NCBI RefSeq assembly: GCF_009914755.1 | Contig: NC_060930.1 | Reading direction: 5' to 3' (one strand) | From: the human T2T-CHM13v2.0 reference genome, Homo sapiens | DNA: 64,000 bases | In this document: in pieces, positions 63,423-64,000 of the stretch | Layout: each line of letters opens with the position of its first letter | How positions within the stretch are numbered: position 1 is the stretch's first letter | Program-made: the position numbers and the translations under genes | Notes under the pieces: generated by a model | Databases searched by the model: none | Told to the model about the DNA's origin: nothing | The model's input: the letters and a program-made list of their open reading frames with translations, nothing else

Positions 63423-63580
63423 TAACATATTAGCTGCCCTAAATGATCTTGGAGAGCCACCAAAACTTTAGGACTACCCAAGTCATCTAGAAATTGCAAA
63501 GGAAAAGACATTCTCTCCCCTATTTAGGAAACTTGGTTAGAGCAGCACACGTCAGAGAACAGAAGGCTCACAAAAGAACG

Positions 63581-64000
63581 ATTTCTTGTCTTCTGCTAGC
63601 TTTTGAATATTTTGCTCTTGCTTCTCTAGTTCTTTTAATTGTGATGTTAGGGTGTCAATTTTAGATCCTTCCTGCTTTCTGATGTGGGCATTTAGTATTA
63701 TAAATTTTTCTCATAACACTGCTTTAGCTGTGTCCCATATATTCTGGTACATTGTCTCTTTGTTCTCATTTGTTTCAAAGAACTTTGTTATTTCTGCCTT
63801 AATTTCATTATTTACCCAGTAGTCATTTAGGACCACGTTGTTCAATTTCCATGTAGTTGTGAGGTTTTGAGTGAGTTTCTTAATCCTGAGTTCTAATTTG
63901 ATTGCACTGTGGTTTGAGAGGTTGTTTGCTATGATTTCAGTTCTTTTGCATTTGCTAAAAAGTGTTTTACTTCCAATTATGCAGTCGATTTTAGAATAAA
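63581..64000 (-). mobile_element. L1PA/PB ORF2 fragment, antisense, runs off the window
   Basis: cttctgctagcttttgaa...gcttctctagttcttttaattgtgatgttaggg...gagtgagtttcttaatcctgagttctaatttgattgcactgtgg. Confidence 0.9.

Overview
Human (primate) genomic DNA from the 6q27 CCR6 - GPR31 - TCP10L2 interval. It holds the last two exons of chemokine receptor CCR6 (+, 374 aa after removing a 96-nt intron), the GPR31 coding region (-, 319 aa, uninterrupted) and the seven coding exons of TCP10L2 (+, 353 aa), set among Alu, L1, MIR, LTR and DNA-transposon repeats and several VNTRs. The main hidden structure is gene archaeology. Downstream of the TCP10L2 stop lie four more exons encoding a CENPJ/CPAP/SAS-4-type TCP (G-box) domain. 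They are cut off by a GT>GC donor change with intronic polyadenylation, an L1PA insertion with a perfect 16-bp TSD, a dead donor and a +1 frameshift, although the last two exons remain intact. Upstream (31-35.6 kb), weaker colinear motifs suggest fossil N-terminal exons of a once full-length CENPJ paralogue. Other notable items are an 81-bp, 94%-identical non-repeat inverted pair bracketing GPR31, a uORF-dense GPR31 leader, an in-frame stop-free CCR6 intron, and a MER41 LTR upstream of GPR31. Repeat family names and CENPJ comparisons come from recalled consensus/protein sequences and were not computed.
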